A stretch of 64,000 nt of DNA, from NCBI GenBank assembly GCA_964589575.1, contig CAZPSE010000002.1, forward strand, positions 19,658 to 83,657. Reading direction: 5' to 3'. Under the pieces are notes generated by a model, which saw only the letters and a program-made list of their open reading frames with translations, had not been told where the DNA came from and searched no databases. The translations under genes were made by a program, and so were the position numbers. Below, one piece after another: positions 61,250-64,000 of the stretch (positions within the stretch are counted from its first letter, which is position 1; every line of letters starts with the position of its first letter). Source of the DNA: an uncultured Gammaproteobacteria bacterium (lineage in GTDB: Bacteria > Pseudomonadota > Gammaproteobacteria > QNFE01 > CAZPSE01).

Positions 61250-63409
61250 ATGCTGACTAAATTACAACACCTCTGCTTAGTATTGTGTTTATTACCAAGC
61301 CTTGTATGGGCGCAAAATACTATTAAAATAGGCGTTTTAAGCCATCGTGGCGATGCAATCGCCCTGAAAACGTGGGAGCCACTGGCTGAGTATTTAAGCC
61401 ACACTATTGCAGGCTCCCGCTTTGTTATAAGCCCTTTAGACTTTGATGTTATAGATTCTGCAATAGACCAAAAAGAGATTGATTTCCTACTAGTCAATCC
61501 TGGTATTTATGTGTCAATGGAGGCCAAACACCGCGTTTCACGCATTGCCACTTTAATAAAACTGGCTGCAAATAAGCCATACAATGTATTTGGTGGTGTC
61601 ATATTTACAAAAAAAAATCGTGCCGACATCAATACAATTAGTGACCTAAAAAACAAACGTTTTATGGCTGTTGATAAAATATCATTGGGTGGCTACCAAA
61701 TGGCATGGCGAGAAATGCTTCTGCACAACGTCAACCCAAAAACTGACTTACTTTCATTAACATTTGGCGGTACCCACGATAAAGTGGTTAATGCCGTCAA
61801 AAATGAAACGGTTGATGTTGGCACCGTACGAACGGGCATTTTAGAAAGTATGAACCAAGCAGGTTTAATTGATATAAACGATTTTAAAATAATAAACGCA
61901 TTCGACGACGATCATTTCCCTGCGGTACATAGCACCCCTTTGTATCCAGAATGGCCTTTTAGTAAACTGCTTAAAACGTCCAATTTGTTGGCGCAAAACG
62001 TCGCGATTGCACTTTTTAAATTAAATGACAATAAATTAAATACAGCCACTCAGCCTTGGTCTAAATATGCCGGCTGGACAATACCCCTAGAGTACCAGCC
62101 CATTAACGATATTTTGTATGACCTGCACTTGCCACCTTATCAAAGAGTGGGCAAATTTACGCTTAGCGATGCCATTAATAAATATCGTTATTGGTTAGCA
62201 ATTACTTTAATTTTTATTGCGCTGACTATTTTTATGATGATGCGCGTTAGCAAATTAAACCGTGCATTAAAATCATCAAAAAAACTATTAGAAAACCAGC
62301 ATGCACTCATTTTAGATTCTGTTGCCGATGGAATTTACGGAGTGGATACTAATGGCGATTCTACCTTTGTAAACAAAGCAATGGAAAAAATAACAGGTTG
62401 GACAGCCGCAGAAATGGTGGGGAAAAATCAGCATGAAATTTTGCACCACACTAAAAAAGATGGTACGCCGCATTTAGCTAAAGACTGCCCCGTTTATAAA
62501 ACCTATCAAGATGAAAAAGCACGGTTTGTTGAAGATGACTTGTTTTGGAAAGCAAACGGTCAATCGATCCCCGTAGAATACTCAAGTACACCGTTAAAAG
62601 ATGCTAATGCTAAAACTATAGGTAGTGTTGTCGTCTTTAGAGACATTAGCGAGAAAAAGCACGCAGAAAAACAATTAGCAATACTGCAAAACGAGTTAGC
62701 CCATGTAAGCCGTTTAAGCAATATGGGTGAAATGGCATCGGGTATGGCGCACGAGTTAAACCAACCATTAACGGCAATTTTAACTAATTCTGATGCATGT
62801 ATTCGGCTTCTTGATTCTAAAAATATCGATACAGAAAGGTTAATGCAAACCTTAGAAATTATTGGCGGGCTTTCTAAACGAGCAAGTGGCATTATTCAGC
62901 AATTACGTCAATTTGTTAAAAAAGACAGCGGTGATTTGTCTTTAGTTAATGTAAATGACTTAATTACTAATTTATTAAAATTAATTCATAATGAGCTGGA
63001 GCATAAATCCATTAAGGTGAATATACAGCTGGATAAAAACTTACCGACCGTATTAGCGCAACCCATTCAAATAGATCAGGTTATTTTAAACTTGGTTAGA
63101 AACGCTATTGATGCGATGGAGTCAATAAATCGCACTAAAAAGAGCATCGTTATTAAAACAGAAACGTTAAAAACTACGATTAAAATAACGGTTATTGACA
63201 ATGGAGTTGGTATAAGTAGCAGTATTATTGATGAATTATTTGCCCCTTACAAAACCACCAAACAAACGGGAATGGGGTTGGGTTTATCCATAAGCGAAAA
63301 CATAATACACTCTCATCATGGGCAATTAATTGCCAATAACAACCTTAAAACAGGTGCCAGTTTTAGTTTTACTTTACCAATAAAGGATAATAATAATGAC
63401 CGAAAATGA
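61250..63409 (+). CDS. Sensor histidine kinase. Domain order: periplasmic PhnD/SsuA-type solute-binding domain, TM segment, PAS domain, HisKA (HELNQPL) and HATPase. TtrS-like architecture.
   Basis: ORF track plus domain reading of the protein sequence. Confidence 0.85.
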   Translation: MLTKLQHLCLVLCLLPSLVWAQNTIKIGVLSHRGDAIALKTWEPLAEYLSHTIAGSRFVISPLDFDVIDSAIDQKEIDFLLVNPGIYVSMEAKHRVSRIATLIKLAANKPYNVFGGVIFTKKNRADINTISDLKNKRFMAVDKISLGGYQMAWREMLLHNVNPKTDLLSLTFGGTHDKVVNAVKNETVDVGTVRTGILESMNQAGLIDINDFKIINAFDDDHFPAVHSTPLYPEWPFSKLLKTSNLLAQNVAIALFKLNDNKLNTATQPWSKYAGWTIPLEYQPINDILYDLHLPPYQRVGKFTLSDAINKYRYWLAITLIFIALTIFMMMRVSKLNRALKSSKKLLENQHALILDSVADGIYGVDTNGDSTFVNKAMEKITGWTAAEMVGKNQHEILHHTKKDGTPHLAKDCPVYKTYQDEKARFVEDDLFWKANGQSIPVEYSSTPLKDANAKTIGSVVVFRDISEKKHAEKQLAILQNELAHVSRLSNMGEMASGMAHELNQPLTAILTNSDACIRLLDSKNIDTERLMQTLEIIGGLSKRASGIIQQLRQFVKKDSGDLSLVNVNDLITNLLKLIHNELEHKSIKVNIQLDKNLPTVLAQPIQIDQVILNLVRNAIDAMESINRTKKSIVIKTETLKTTIKITVIDNGVGISSSIIDELFAPYKTTKQTGMGLGLSISENIIHSHHGQLIANNNLKTGASFSFTLPIKDNNNDRK

Positions 63410-64000
63410 CGGTATCGTTTATATAATTGATGACAACAAAGACGTATTAGAGGCGATAACCCTGTTAATGTCATCAGTCGGTTTAACCGTAAAAACTTTT
63501 TTATCCGCTAATGAGTTTCTCGCTTCATGGTCAGACAAATTTTCTGGTTGCATATTATTAGACGTAAGAATGCCTGGCATGAGTGGCCTAGAACTACAAA
63601 AAAAATTACAACAAAAAAAATATTGCCCGCCCATTATCATAATTACAGGCCATGGTGATATATCTATGGCGGTAAAAGCGGTGCAAGATGGTGCAGTAGA
63701 CTTTATTGAAAAACCATTTAATGAACAAACTCTTTTAGACAGCGTGCATAGAGCCTTAGAGCAAGATGTAAAAAGCCGAGGAAAAAGTTCAAGGTTAAAT
63801 GATATTAAATTTAAAATAGAGAGTTTAACCCCCCGCGAACAAGATGTGATGCAATTAGTCGTAAAAGGACAGCGGAATAAAATAATTGCAGACACTTTAA
63901 GTATTAGTGTTTCAACCGTTGAGGTGCACCGAGCAAGGGTTATGGAAAAAATGGCAGCCCACACATTGTCAGACTTAATGAGAATGATTATTCTTGTTGA
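63396..64000 (+). CDS. FixJ/LuxR-family response regulator (REC + LuxR HTH), partial at the window edge. Its start overlaps the kinase stop by 14 nt.
   Basis: Manual translation MTENDGIVYIIDDNKDVLEAI...LDVRMPGMSGLEL...LTPREQDVMQLVVKGQRNKIIADTLSISVSTVEVHRARVMEKM. Not in the ORF track because it has no stop within the window. Confidence 0.8.
   Translation, partial: MTENDGIVYIIDDNKDVLEAITLLMSSVGLTVKTFLSANEFLASWSDKFSGCILLDVRMPGMSGLELQKKLQQKKYCPPIIIITGHGDISMAVKAVQDGAVDFIEKPFNEQTLLDSVHRALEQDVKSRGKSSRLNDIKFKIESLTPREQDVMQLVVKGQRNKIIADTLSISVSTVEVHRARVMEKMAAHTLSDLMRMIILV

Noticed and set aside
63419-63964. 181-aa minus-strand ORF at the right edge
   Set aside because: The opposite strand encodes a textbook FixJ/LuxR response regulator (REC Asp pocket plus LuxR HTH) translationally coupled to the kinase. 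The minus-strand ORF is Cys/Ser-rich antisense noise.

Overview
AT-rich (~38-40% GC) chromosomal segment from a Gram-negative gammaproteobacterium. The gene content and low GC suggest a marine Alteromonadales-like organism, but this is a guess. The housekeeping backbone comprises glnS, bioB-bioF, groES-groEL, deaD, dbpA, hemH, rpoZ, msrA, ubiC, pabB, pitA, dsbD and trxA. Interspersed are two RND efflux operons, four GGDEF/EAL c-di-GMP genes plus one GGDEF relic, two tandem porin genes, a DUF692-DUF2063 (MbnB/MbnC-like) pair, a persulfide-dioxygenase/rhodanese pair, a decayed IS3-type element next to a VapBC toxin-antitoxin pair, and a two-component system at the 3' edge. No rRNA, tRNA or CRISPR array was recognised.

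The most unusual content is non-coding:
- A modular MITE-like repeat family is present in at least 7 copies of about 170-345 bp. Copies are bounded by 23-bp terminal inverted repeats, TTAAGGAAGACCTGATTAACTGG ... CCAGTTAATCAGGTCTTCCTTAA. In at least three cases the terminal TTAA supplies the stop codon of the neighbouring gene.
- A second ~60-bp hairpin repeat family occurs in 3 copies.
- The 10-mer CAAGGGGTCG / CGACCCCTTG occurs 11 times, including inside five unrelated CDSs in different reading frames. That pattern resembles a DNA-uptake-signal or REP core.

Gene-level oddities include a DsbD with a tandemly duplicated catalytic alpha domain, an apparently orphan rpoZ, an orphan FetB-type permease, and a TetR/HAE3-RND/LolA-like/outer-membrane-protein operon of unknown substrate.
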